DNA of 23,055 nucleotides from Promethearchaeota archaeon (GTDB lineage Archaea; Asgardarchaeota; Hermodarchaeia; Hermodarchaeales; Hermodarchaeaceae): NCBI GenBank assembly GCA_048938295.1, contig JBHLMI010000034.1, positions 1 to 23,055 of the forward strand, read 5' to 3'. Shown piece by piece: positions 8,006 to 15,979 of this stretch (position 1 is its first letter; each line of letters starts with the position of its first letter). The notes under the pieces were generated by a model. It saw only the letters and a program-made list of their open reading frames with translations, ran no database searches and was not told where the DNA came from. The position numbers and the translations under genes were made by a program.

Positions 8006-8067
8006 AACGATTCTAATCTAATACAGAACGAAAAATTTCTATCGTTTCGTAAACGTTTCCAATCGTT
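8006..8067. promoter_or_regulatory. Nested inverted-repeat operator candidate AACGATT-N14-AACGA-N10-TCGTT-N14-AATCGTT
   Basis: Two inverted-repeat pairs (8006-8012/8061-8067 and 8027-8031/8042-8046) share the same centre (8036.5). Same-orientation half-sites are 21 bp apart. Confidence 0.55.
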
Positions 8068-8187
8068 AAAAAACCGAATGGAGTCGGATGAAATGAAGCA
8101 AAAGAATAACCATGATTGTTGTGTTCGAGAAAAGATGTTAGTCCAAATTTTACGGTATCGACGTATCTGTTAGGAAGTGAAGAAGAA

Positions 8188-8907
8188 ATGTCTTGGTTTG
8201 GACGCAAGAAGGATAAAGATAAAGAATCTAAGGAAGGATTACGCGAAGAGATGAACCGTCTGGAAAAGCAGATGCGGGAACTCCGTGAACGGCTAGAACG
8301 AGAAGGAAAGACTACTCATCGGGATGAATCCGCGAAATCTCCTGAATTTTCCGAATCTTCACGCCCTCGAAGAGGTGTGAGGTTTGACTTTGATGATGAA
8401 GCTTTTGGTGAGGAAATGGCCGAGTTCGGGCGTCACATGGGAACAGCGGGGAAAGAACTTGGTGATTATATTAAGTCAGTGGTCTCTGATGCTATGCGTG
8501 GTGCAAACCGGGCGATGCGAAGTGTCTTTATTGGACCGGACGGTGCCCGTATTAAGATTGATGAGAATGGTGTCGCGGTAGGGAAATCTGCTGCAGAGAG
8601 AGCTAGGCAAGTGCCACCCGAAGAGGCAGAACGGTTACTGGCGCCACTTGCTAGTGCTGAACGGATTGACATTCTGTATTTACTTGCAGAAGAACCACGT
8701 TACCATCAAGATCTCATGGATATGTCTGGATTGAAGCCAGGAACGTTGCCCCATCACCTGAAGCAACTCGAAGAGGCTGGTTTTGTCACGCAGGAACGGG
8801 TTCGTGGTCGGTATCTTATCACGATTCCCGGTCGCATGGCGTTAACGCTCGCCGAGTATCTCTATAACCAGATGGTTTCAGGGATTGGAAAAGATACTGA
8901 AGAATAA
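8188..8907 (+). CDS. ArsR-like winged-HTH transcriptional regulator with an N-terminal coiled coil and helical domain
   Basis: C-terminal LASAERIDILYLLAEEP...DLMDMSGLKPGTLPHHLKQLEEAGFVTQERVRGRYLIT is an ArsR/HTH_20-type wHTH. N-terminal heptad LREEMNRLEKQMRELRERLE. Start moved from 8116 to ATG 8188 (MSWFGRKK); 239 aa. Confidence 0.8.
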   Translation: MSWFGRKKDKDKESKEGLREEMNRLEKQMRELRERLEREGKTTHRDESAKSPEFSESSRPRRGVRFDFDDEAFGEEMAEFGRHMGTAGKELGDYIKSVVSDAMRGANRAMRSVFIGPDGARIKIDENGVAVGKSAAERARQVPPEEAERLLAPLASAERIDILYLLAEEPRYHQDLMDMSGLKPGTLPHHLKQLEEAGFVTQERVRGRYLITIPGRMALTLAEYLYNQMVSGIGKDTEE

Positions 8908-8922
8908 TGGGTGTGAGGTAAA

Positions 8923-9561
8923 GTGAGTTCAAGTTCAACCTGGGGTTTTGAACACCGAGACTTAGTCCTGGGTGCATTGGCTGGAACTGTCAGCCATCCC
9001 ACAGATATAGCCCGATCAGAGAAGGCACTGCTTAGCGTGAACGAAGGCACCATCTATTTTCCGATCTTCTATCACAAGCAGGAAGTAGGCGGAATCTTCA
9101 TTGGCTATGGGCAGGCGATTATTGATGCGATTGCAGAAACCCATCGTGGTGCAGTGGGAAAAAGTTATAATTTCCATTGGAATGGCAGTCTTCTCTTATT
9201 GAGCCAAGATAGTGAATGGACACCACCCAGCACCTCGCATGTTAGTGTGAAGGAATTGAAGCAATTGCATCTGAGTTCAGCGGAGGAAGCCTTTGATAGG
9301 GCACAAGAAATATTCAATCGATTCTTCGATTACAATCGAAACTGGTTTACTGACACTTTTATTCAACGGCGGAAAGGCTGGGTCGCCACGATTTTGGATA
9401 CACAATTTGGGAAATGTGGAATTATCGCTAGTGAGGATCGGTTGGTCTTCAAGAAGGGCGAACTGAAAGTTGTGCTTAGTGGTAATAAGCTGGTACAAAC
9501 CGAAGGTCGAAAGAAAGTCTTTGTCGCTGGAAGAGCGGGTAAAATTGTCCGCTTTGGATAA
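8923..9561 (+). CDS. Hypothetical beta-rich protein, probably co-transcribed with the wHTH regulator
   Basis: 212-aa ORF 15 nt after the upstream stop, with a GTGAGGT RBS before the GTG start. No family recognised with confidence. Confidence 0.75.
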   Translation: MSSSSTWGFEHRDLVLGALAGTVSHPTDIARSEKALLSVNEGTIYFPIFYHKQEVGGIFIGYGQAIIDAIAETHRGAVGKSYNFHWNGSLLLLSQDSEWTPPSTSHVSVKELKQLHLSSAEEAFDRAQEIFNRFFDYNRNWFTDTFIQRRKGWVATILDTQFGKCGIIASEDRLVFKKGELKVVLSGNKLVQTEGRKKVFVAGRAGKIVRFG

Positions 9562-9575
9562 TTATGAATAGACCC

Positions 9576-9601
9576 AGAGCGGATCGCTCTTCCCCATTTT
9601 T
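9576..9601 (+). terminator. Possible terminator: short hairpin followed by a T tract
   Basis: AGAGCG-GAT-CGCTCT (9576-9590) followed by TCCCCATTTTT, ~15 nt after the stop of the 8923 gene. Confidence 0.4.
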
Positions 9602-9613
9602 ACTTATTTCTAG

Positions 9614-9736
9614 TCAAGTCTCAACTAGTTGTCCTCAAGGCAGAGTGGAAGAGCTTTTGAGGAGAAACGTCTATGAAAAGACAAATTTCGTTGACACCTC
9701 TCCTTTTACGGTGTTGGCGAGTTGGACTTGAAGGAG
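9614..9736 (+). ncRNA. Candidate structured cis-regulatory RNA in the leader of the giant gene (MITE-like element is the alternative)
   Basis: Found by eye: closing stem 9614-9625/9721-9731 (one bulge) and inner stems 9632-9638/9657-9663, 9669-9672/9679-9682 and 9688-9698/9710-9720. Loop CTCCTT (9700-9705) is complementary to the RBS AAGGAG (9731-9736). Confidence 0.45.
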
Positions 9737-9745
9737 TAAAGCACG

Positions 9746-12700
9746 ATGGCTGCCCTAGATTATGAAATGTTGGTGAAAGCCTTTAAAGCACTTTTCAAAA
9801 TCGCTCGTGATAACCTTGAAGAAATTGCCAAGCACTTAACAAAAACAAAGGGACAAGGTATACTCGATATCCTCGAACAGATTGCTGAATTGCTTCAACG
9901 CATTGAATCGGCATCTGATACTCCACAACTGGAACGTGAGGTTGCCCGCTCAATCGCCCGAGACTTTGATACTATTGCGCAACGATGGCAAGAGATCGAA
10001 AAATACTTCGCTGATCAAATCCATTATGACGATTATGTCTATCGCTCCGATGAAGAACGGGCCGAAGCTGCTGAAAAAGCGATGAAAATCATTCATGACC
10101 AAACCCTCCACGCATTGGACGCAGCTGGAACCATGTTCGGGGTAGCCCGTGAATGGCGACATGCAGCTAAATGCTTCAGTACCGTAGTCCAAGCTCGCAA
10201 GGCTGAAGATTTACCGTTAGCCGCGCTTCCCCCACTGATTCGGGAATACCGCTGCTATGAGGAATTGGAAGATGCATCAAATGTCTTGGTAATTGGTCGT
10301 GCCATCCAGCAGCTACTAAGCGGAGTTAGCCGTGAACTCTCAGATCAAGACCGGGATATGGTGACTGAAGCCACAGAATTTTTCCGAAAAACTGCCATGA
10401 ACGCGGTTTCGAATCGGAAAAAAGATCCAGATCTCAATATTCCTTTGGCTGCGATTTTCTTATGGAATGAAGCTGAGGCACTTGCCCTTATTGGTGGTCC
10501 CGACGATGAGATGGCATTGAATCGCTTCCGAGCCCTTGCTGAATTCTTTGAACAAGTAGGAAAGGAAGAACTAGCGAAATCTGACCCCTCAATTCAACGG
10601 TTTGTGGCCAGCCAAATGGAAGGTTCCTTTGCATATCTTCGGGTTACTCGGGACCTTGATGGTTTCACCCAACAGGAAGCAAGCGAAAAAAGCCTCTCGT
10701 TAACGCAATTTGCCACTGATTTCATCCTCACCTTGTTAGAACGGTTAGGATATCAACGAGTGGCAATTGTAGAAGACCCCGCGAAAGCTCTCAAAGGCCT
10801 ATTTGCTATCTTTAACATGGTGAAGCGTGGTTATGAAGGTTCACAGGCGTTCCAAGAATTAGCTAGCCAAGCAGGATCTATTCTCGTGCAAGCACAGCAA
10901 CGTCAGGATCAAGTGGTTATCGACCTGGCGATGGTATACCGCTGGCTTTGTGAAGGAGCTGCTCGTGGACTGTATGTCATCTGCTTGAAACTCATAGCTG
11001 ATCTCTACCGTATCGGAGTCATTAGTGCTGTCTTAGATGTTGGCTCCAAAGAGGAACTAAGAAAGAACATCTTTGACCTGTTAGTAGTACCCGATGAAGA
11101 TGAATTATTCGACATCTTGGTTAACGCTGAGGTGGAATTTGACGATGTTGTTGATTTATTCAAAAGTCTCAACCTTTACTGGGTTGCAGCCATCTGCAAG
11201 CTTAACCAAGGACAGCTTCGGCAGTGTCTAACCTTTATTGAAGCAGAAGTGGAGGCGGCTCCTCCAATTGAACCAGTTGAGGGTGCTGTAGAAACCGCAG
11301 AAGTGGCACAGGGATTACCGTTCTGGGGGGCGGCTCCATCTGAGGACTTTACCACTGCAGCCAATCTCTTTTCGCAGGCATATCGACTCCAGCGAGGTGT
11401 TGAAGAAGACCTACCAGAAGAGAGGAAAAGAACTTGGATTCCGTATCGTGATTCAGAGGATATTCGAAGACGGTCAGCATATAGTAGCTGGCTGGCTGGG
11501 CTCGCCCATTTAGAAGAGGGGAATATAGACGAAGGTGGACGCGAGCTTTTCCGGGCGAAGAATGCCTACGAACTACTGGATCGCCACCATGAAGCCATCT
11601 CTTGCCTCGAAGTATGGTTGGAGCAATTGGTCAAAGGCATTAGTGAAGAGGAAGGCCTTGGCGCTCGACCCACTCAGGCACGACTTCAAGAAGTCTTGAA
11701 CATATGTGATGAACTGGTTGGTCTCTATTCCATGCGTCGAATGACAGCTGATACAATCAATGATATTCTGAATACTGTTGGGTTCCTTCAAGGTCAAGTA
11801 GGCTTGGAAAACTGGACGCTAGCTGTATATCTTCGTGCACTAGAATATACGCGTGAAGCTCTCAGAATTGGTCTCACACTGGGTACTCCAGAATCTGCTC
11901 AAGAAAAGCTACGATTTCTAAGAGCAGAAGTGAGGGATTTTTTGAATAGCGATTTTGCTATTGGAATATATCCAAACTTCGACACAGAAACCACCATCTA
12001 TTTTGAAACCGAAACTCCAGTGAAACTCAGCGTTCTAAATATCGCCAACGAAGAAATGGCTGATCTTACCATTCGACCATTAGGCATGCTCCCTCATCTC
12101 ACTCCCAGTGCAACACAACCATGGCATGCTGCCCGTGATCCATCTCAGATTACGATGAAGTACTTCTACATCGGGACAGACGATGACGCCTTCGAAATCG
12201 ATGAGCTGTTCTATTATCAAAAACCTGCAGATGCCTTTGGTCCTCCCAGGCCAGTTCCCGTTGTGCTAGCTGCAGCACCATCACCCGACCTAGAGCCTGA
12301 TTCACCATCCGAACAAATAACCGGTGAACAGCCTTGGCTTGGAATCATGTGGACTGGCGATTACAGAGGAACACCATTAGGCACACTCGCTGGAGCCACC
12401 GAAGAACCTCCCAGCGCTGAAACCACCATCTCAACCATCGATGACCTAACCCAACCGGCTTTCTTTACCGTCTTCACGAAATCTGCTCGAGAAGGTAACA
12501 TCCTTCCAGGCCAAGTTTTTCCCGTGAGTTTTGGCGTCTACCATCGAGGTACAAGTGATCTCCTTGCAATCCAAACTGTTTTCTTCAAAATCGCAAGTCG
12601 TCCCAAAATCCTCAAAGCCGAAACCAATTGGGAAAAAGACATCGGAGACCAATGGGAAGAAACCTTTACAATAACCTTCGAAGAAGGCGCTCAACTCCCA

Positions 12701-14608
12701 CTCTATGTTCCTCGGTTTGCCCCCGAATATGAGCTCAAAGACTACGTCAACCCTCAAACCCTCACTCCGATTATTACATCGGGCTCTGATGCAGTTACTC
12801 TCACTAAATACCTCAAGCATGTTCCATACCAATTTACACTTCGTTATAAAGGCAAACGGGAACTACACTCGGGTAACAATTATTCTGTCGAGAGTCGAAT
12901 CTCATTAGAGATGCCTGTTCCTGGTCAAATCGGCGGTGAGTATGAATTCCTGCGAATCCGAACTCCTCCACGCATCATGACCACCGAAGAGTTGACCATG
13001 CCACGACTTCGAAATGGCGTAAACTTCCAAGAATTGTTCTACGGTACTGTCTTCATTGGTGACGCCGACTATGATGGCGAATACTACATCTATCGATTGT
13101 GGATTTGCTTCGAACCTGGCGAAGTGACACCTGCTCCAGGAGCAAATTATCGCCAAGGTTGGACAAACCATCGTCTTGACATATTTCTTGATCCCAAGAC
13201 CTGGGAACCTCGGCTGCTTATCACCGATTATTACATCGAATTTGAAGACGGACGAGGCGAATGGGTGGAAGCCCTCTTCACTTTTCGAACTGCAAGCTCC
13301 ACCCTCTTCGGCATCCGGCGGTTAACTGCTGATTTATATCGCGAAGCAAACCTTGCCACCTACCCTGATGCCTTTGAATCAGAAATTCGGCACTCACTTG
13401 CACTCCTCGACGTCGATGGGACAACCCCACTTAAAATCACTGGATTTGCCCTTGGACAACGACTAGGTTTCATTGAGCTCATTCGTGCCAGTTGGGCGAA
13501 AAACAAACACGACGGGCCAGTCATCTTCAAGCCCCCACGAGCACACTTGTTCCGTGACTACTGGAGTCAGCGTTATGAACATGGCCTTTACCGAGAAGAT
13601 TGGAAAGGAGAAGAGAACACCAATCTGTATGAAATGAAAACAAACGACCGGACCGGTGGGCAATCCAAATACATCCGGGGCTTTCAAAAACGAGCCTTTC
13701 CTCATGAAATCGGTATTATGGCCCGTGAAAACGACCGCTGTGATCTTGTTATTACTCCTCCAAGTGATAGCGAACCGACCATCATTCGTAACCTAGTTAA
13801 TCCGCGTAAAATCGAGTTGTGGACCCGACCCCATGTGAGTTTTAGTCGTCGATTCAACTTCATTGCTAAATACTTCGGGAGACCCCCGAAAATCCATACA
13901 GCTAGCCTCTACTTCTACACCACTCGCCGACAACTCAATCCCTACTTCAAGACCCGTATCCGAGGTAAAGACCAATGGATTCACTATCCTGAACCTCGGT
14001 ATTGGGATGGTAAAAAGTGGGTTCCAGTGCCTGGAGACTTCCTACCCGCCCAACACCCTGAAAACCTTTCAGTTGGCATCAACACGTGGCTGGAAGCCGA
14101 TGCTTATTGGGTCTACCGTTATGTCTGGTTCTGGCCTTTAGAAATCACTTTTCCCCTCCCGCATGAAGACTGGGAACGTGCAGACATCTGGGTCAATGCT
14201 CGAACCGGTAAAATCGAATGGATCACCTCCGACTATCATTGGAGGGAGTTATGGTATCAAAACGCCGTCAGTGTCAGCGGTGTCAACCCAATCGTTGATT
14301 TCCTTTTTAATTGGAATACTCCTGAACCTCTCACGGTTAAAGATGGAGCTCCCATCCATCAATCAATTACTCCCTATTTCGAAGATGGGAAAACCGTAGG
14401 CGAGTTTGCAGACCAGCTCCCCTGGATGTTTGCTCGGTACAAACACAGTACCGAACACATGCATAAGCTCCATTCATCTTTCTGGAGCCGACACAAGGTG
14501 AAAATTGTCTACAGTGCCTTGGCTATTTTGATGACGCTCCTCGCTTTGTTCCTTATTCCTCAAACACGCAATATCATTCTAGGCTTCATCGCATCTCTTT
14601 TCCCCTAG
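9746..14608 (+). CDS. Giant (1620 aa) hypothetical protein: TPR/SNAP-like alpha-solenoid, beta-sandwich domains, duplicated NLP/Vps62-like motif and C-terminal membrane anchor
   Basis: Uninterrupted ORF with an AAGGAG RBS. Helical Ala/Leu/Glu-rich first ~735 aa, then a beta/Pro/aromatic-rich remainder containing a HEDWE motif. The only long hydrophobic segment is at the C-terminus (IVYSALAILMTLLALFLIP); no signal peptide is seen. Confidence 0.85.
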   Translation: MAALDYEMLVKAFKALFKIARDNLEEIAKHLTKTKGQGILDILEQIAELLQRIESASDTPQLEREVARSIARDFDTIAQRWQEIEKYFADQIHYDDYVYRSDEERAEAAEKAMKIIHDQTLHALDAAGTMFGVAREWRHAAKCFSTVVQARKAEDLPLAALPPLIREYRCYEELEDASNVLVIGRAIQQLLSGVSRELSDQDRDMVTEATEFFRKTAMNAVSNRKKDPDLNIPLAAIFLWNEAEALALIGGPDDEMALNRFRALAEFFEQVGKEELAKSDPSIQRFVASQMEGSFAYLRVTRDLDGFTQQEASEKSLSLTQFATDFILTLLERLGYQRVAIVEDPAKALKGLFAIFNMVKRGYEGSQAFQELASQAGSILVQAQQRQDQVVIDLAMVYRWLCEGAARGLYVICLKLIADLYRIGVISAVLDVGSKEELRKNIFDLLVVPDEDELFDILVNAEVEFDDVVDLFKSLNLYWVAAICKLNQGQLRQCLTFIEAEVEAAPPIEPVEGAVETAEVAQGLPFWGAAPSEDFTTAANLFSQAYRLQRGVEEDLPEERKRTWIPYRDSEDIRRRSAYSSWLAGLAHLEEGNIDEGGRELFRAKNAYELLDRHHEAISCLEVWLEQLVKGISEEEGLGARPTQARLQEVLNICDELVGLYSMRRMTADTINDILNTVGFLQGQVGLENWTLAVYLRALEYTREALRIGLTLGTPESAQEKLRFLRAEVRDFLNSDFAIGIYPNFDTETTIYFETETPVKLSVLNIANEEMADLTIRPLGMLPHLTPSATQPWHAARDPSQITMKYFYIGTDDDAFEIDELFYYQKPADAFGPPRPVPVVLAAAPSPDLEPDSPSEQITGEQPWLGIMWTGDYRGTPLGTLAGATEEPPSAETTISTIDDLTQPAFFTVFTKSAREGNILPGQVFPVSFGVYHRGTSDLLAIQTVFFKIASRPKILKAETNWEKDIGDQWEETFTITFEEGAQLPLYVPRFAPEYELKDYVNPQTLTPIITSGSDAVTLTKYLKHVPYQFTLRYKGKRELHSGNNYSVESRISLEMPVPGQIGGEYEFLRIRTPPRIMTTEELTMPRLRNGVNFQELFYGTVFIGDADYDGEYYIYRLWICFEPGEVTPAPGANYRQGWTNHRLDIFLDPKTWEPRLLITDYYIEFEDGRGEWVEALFTFRTASSTLFGIRRLTADLYREANLATYPDAFESEIRHSLALLDVDGTTPLKITGFALGQRLGFIELIRASWAKNKHDGPVIFKPPRAHLFRDYWSQRYEHGLYREDWKGEENTNLYEMKTNDRTGGQSKYIRGFQKRAFPHEIGIMARENDRCDLVITPPSDSEPTIIRNLVNPRKIELWTRPHVSFSRRFNFIAKYFGRPPKIHTASLYFYTTRRQLNPYFKTRIRGKDQWIHYPEPRYWDGKKWVPVPGDFLPAQHPENLSVGINTWLEADAYWVYRYVWFWPLEITFPLPHEDWERADIWVNARTGKIEWITSDYHWRELWYQNAVSVSGVNPIVDFLFNWNTPEPLTVKDGAPIHQSITPYFEDGKTVGEFADQLPWMFARYKHSTEHMHKLHSSFWSRHKVKIVYSALAILMTLLALFLIPQTRNIILGFIASLFP

Positions 14609-14635
14609 CAGAAATCAAACCTACACGACAACATC

Positions 14636-14646
14636 AAGCTTTAAGA
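14636..14646 (+). promoter_or_regulatory. Putative BRE/TATA promoter (AAGCTTTAAGA) for the 3-hydroxyacyl-CoA dehydrogenase gene
   Basis: Matches the recurring motif, ~50 nt upstream of the start. Confidence 0.45.
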
Positions 14647-14695
14647 ACATCAGGCACGCACCTCTTTACCATTTCGAAAAATATTCTCTACTGTA

Positions 14696-15904
14696 ATGGT
14701 GATAAATGTGAAAGTAAAAGATGTAAAAAACATCACCGTACTTGGCGCTGGGCTCATGGGTCATGGTATTACCCAATCCTTTGCTCAAGCTGGATTCACT
14801 GTAACAATGGTCGATATCAAGGATGAATTCGTCCAAAAGGGCCTTGGCAACATCCAGTGGAGCCTGGGGAAATTCCTTGAGAAGGGCAAAATTGCACAAG
14901 CAGATTATGACGCCATCCTAAAGCGGATTACTATCTCCACGGATCGTGATGCTGCCGTAAAAAAGGCTGACATCATAGTCGAGGCGATTCCAGAAGTACT
15001 TTCGCTGAAACAGGAAGTGTTCGCTGATGTTGAAGCGAAGGCTCCCAAACAGGCTATTATTGCTACAAACACTAGTTCACTACCCATCACTGATGTCGCT
15101 GCCGCCACTAAACACCCAGAGAAAGTCGTGGGCATGCATTTCTTTTCCCCCGTCGTTCGAATGAACATAGTCGAGATCATCAAGGGTGAGAAAACAACCG
15201 ATGAGGTTGCTCAAGTCATCTATGGATTAACAGAGAAGATGGGCAAAGAGCCAGTAATGTGCAACAAGGATGTGCCAGGATTCATCGCCAATGGCATCCA
15301 GATGTTTCCATTGAATTTCGTAGGACAGCTTGTCGATGCAGGTAAATTCACTCCTGAAGAAATTGACTCTGCAACCACAATGAAGCTTGGACTCCCCATG
15401 GGTACTTTTGGACTCCTCGATTTTGTCGGAATTGATATCGTCTACAACGTACTCAAATTCATGGCGACACGAATCCCTGGAATGAAGATGGCTAAGGTCA
15501 TTGAGGCGAAGGTCCAAAAAGGCGAACTAGGAGCAAAGACAGGGAAGGGCTTTTATGAACATCCTGGGAATCGCTGGCAACGGCCCACTGTCTGGTCCCA
15601 GGAGCTAGCCGATAAGTTCGATCCCCAACTTGTAGTTGTCGTCGGGATTAACCGTGCTGCAGAATTAGTCGCTGATGGTGTTGCTTCGCCAGCTGATATT
15701 GATAAGACCATGAAATTAGGCTTCAATCAACCCGTTGGCACGCTCGAACTCGCTGATTCATTAGGTATCGACGCTGTCATTAAAAAACTTGAATTCATAG
15801 CTAAAGAATACAACAAATTCTATGCACCACACCCTCTTCTTAAGCAGATGGTCAAAGATGGCAAGCTAGGGATGAAGACTAAAGAAGGCTTCTTCAAATA
15901 TTAG
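14696..15904 (+). CDS. 3-hydroxyacyl-CoA dehydrogenase with a duplicated C-terminal (dimerisation) domain
   Basis: Rossmann GAGLMGHGI, VEAIPE, ATNTSS, catalytic GMHFFSP...VEI. Two C-terminal repeats (LGLPMGTFGLLDFVGID and LGFNQPVGTLELADSLGID), each followed by G.LG.KT..GF. The start could be GTG 14708. Confidence 0.92.
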   Translation: MVINVKVKDVKNITVLGAGLMGHGITQSFAQAGFTVTMVDIKDEFVQKGLGNIQWSLGKFLEKGKIAQADYDAILKRITISTDRDAAVKKADIIVEAIPEVLSLKQEVFADVEAKAPKQAIIATNTSSLPITDVAAATKHPEKVVGMHFFSPVVRMNIVEIIKGEKTTDEVAQVIYGLTEKMGKEPVMCNKDVPGFIANGIQMFPLNFVGQLVDAGKFTPEEIDSATTMKLGLPMGTFGLLDFVGIDIVYNVLKFMATRIPGMKMAKVIEAKVQKGELGAKTGKGFYEHPGNRWQRPTVWSQELADKFDPQLVVVVGINRAAELVADGVASPADIDKTMKLGFNQPVGTLELADSLGIDAVIKKLEFIAKEYNKFYAPHPLLKQMVKDGKLGMKTKEGFFKY

Positions 15905-15979
15905 CTCTCAAAGGCTAGGGTGTTGCAACGACGCCTTTTCATTCTTTTCTATTCTTTATAGTCAAGGATTAGCGGGTGC

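Noticed and set aside
7919-8173. 84-aa ORF (or a 31-aa Cys-containing leader peptide from ATG 8078) in the nfo-wHTH intergenic region
   Set aside because: It overlaps promoter- and operator-like sequence, has no clear RBS or recognisable motif, and fits a chance ORF in AT-rich DNA.
8188-8320. MSWFGRKK followed by a coiled coil resembles the N-terminus of ESCRT-III proteins (Vps2/Snf7-like), and crenarchaeal CdvB has a C-terminal wHTH
   Set aside because: The coiled coil is only ~25 aa, far short of the long ESCRT-III helical hairpin, and the C-terminal domain has an ArsR-type DNA-binding pattern.
9614-9731. The ~118-nt structured element as 5S rRNA, tRNA or a glycine riboswitch
   Set aside because: No 5S conserved loop (CCGAAC) or tRNA T-loop on either strand, and the GAGGAGA is not followed by the CACCGAAG glycine-riboswitch core.
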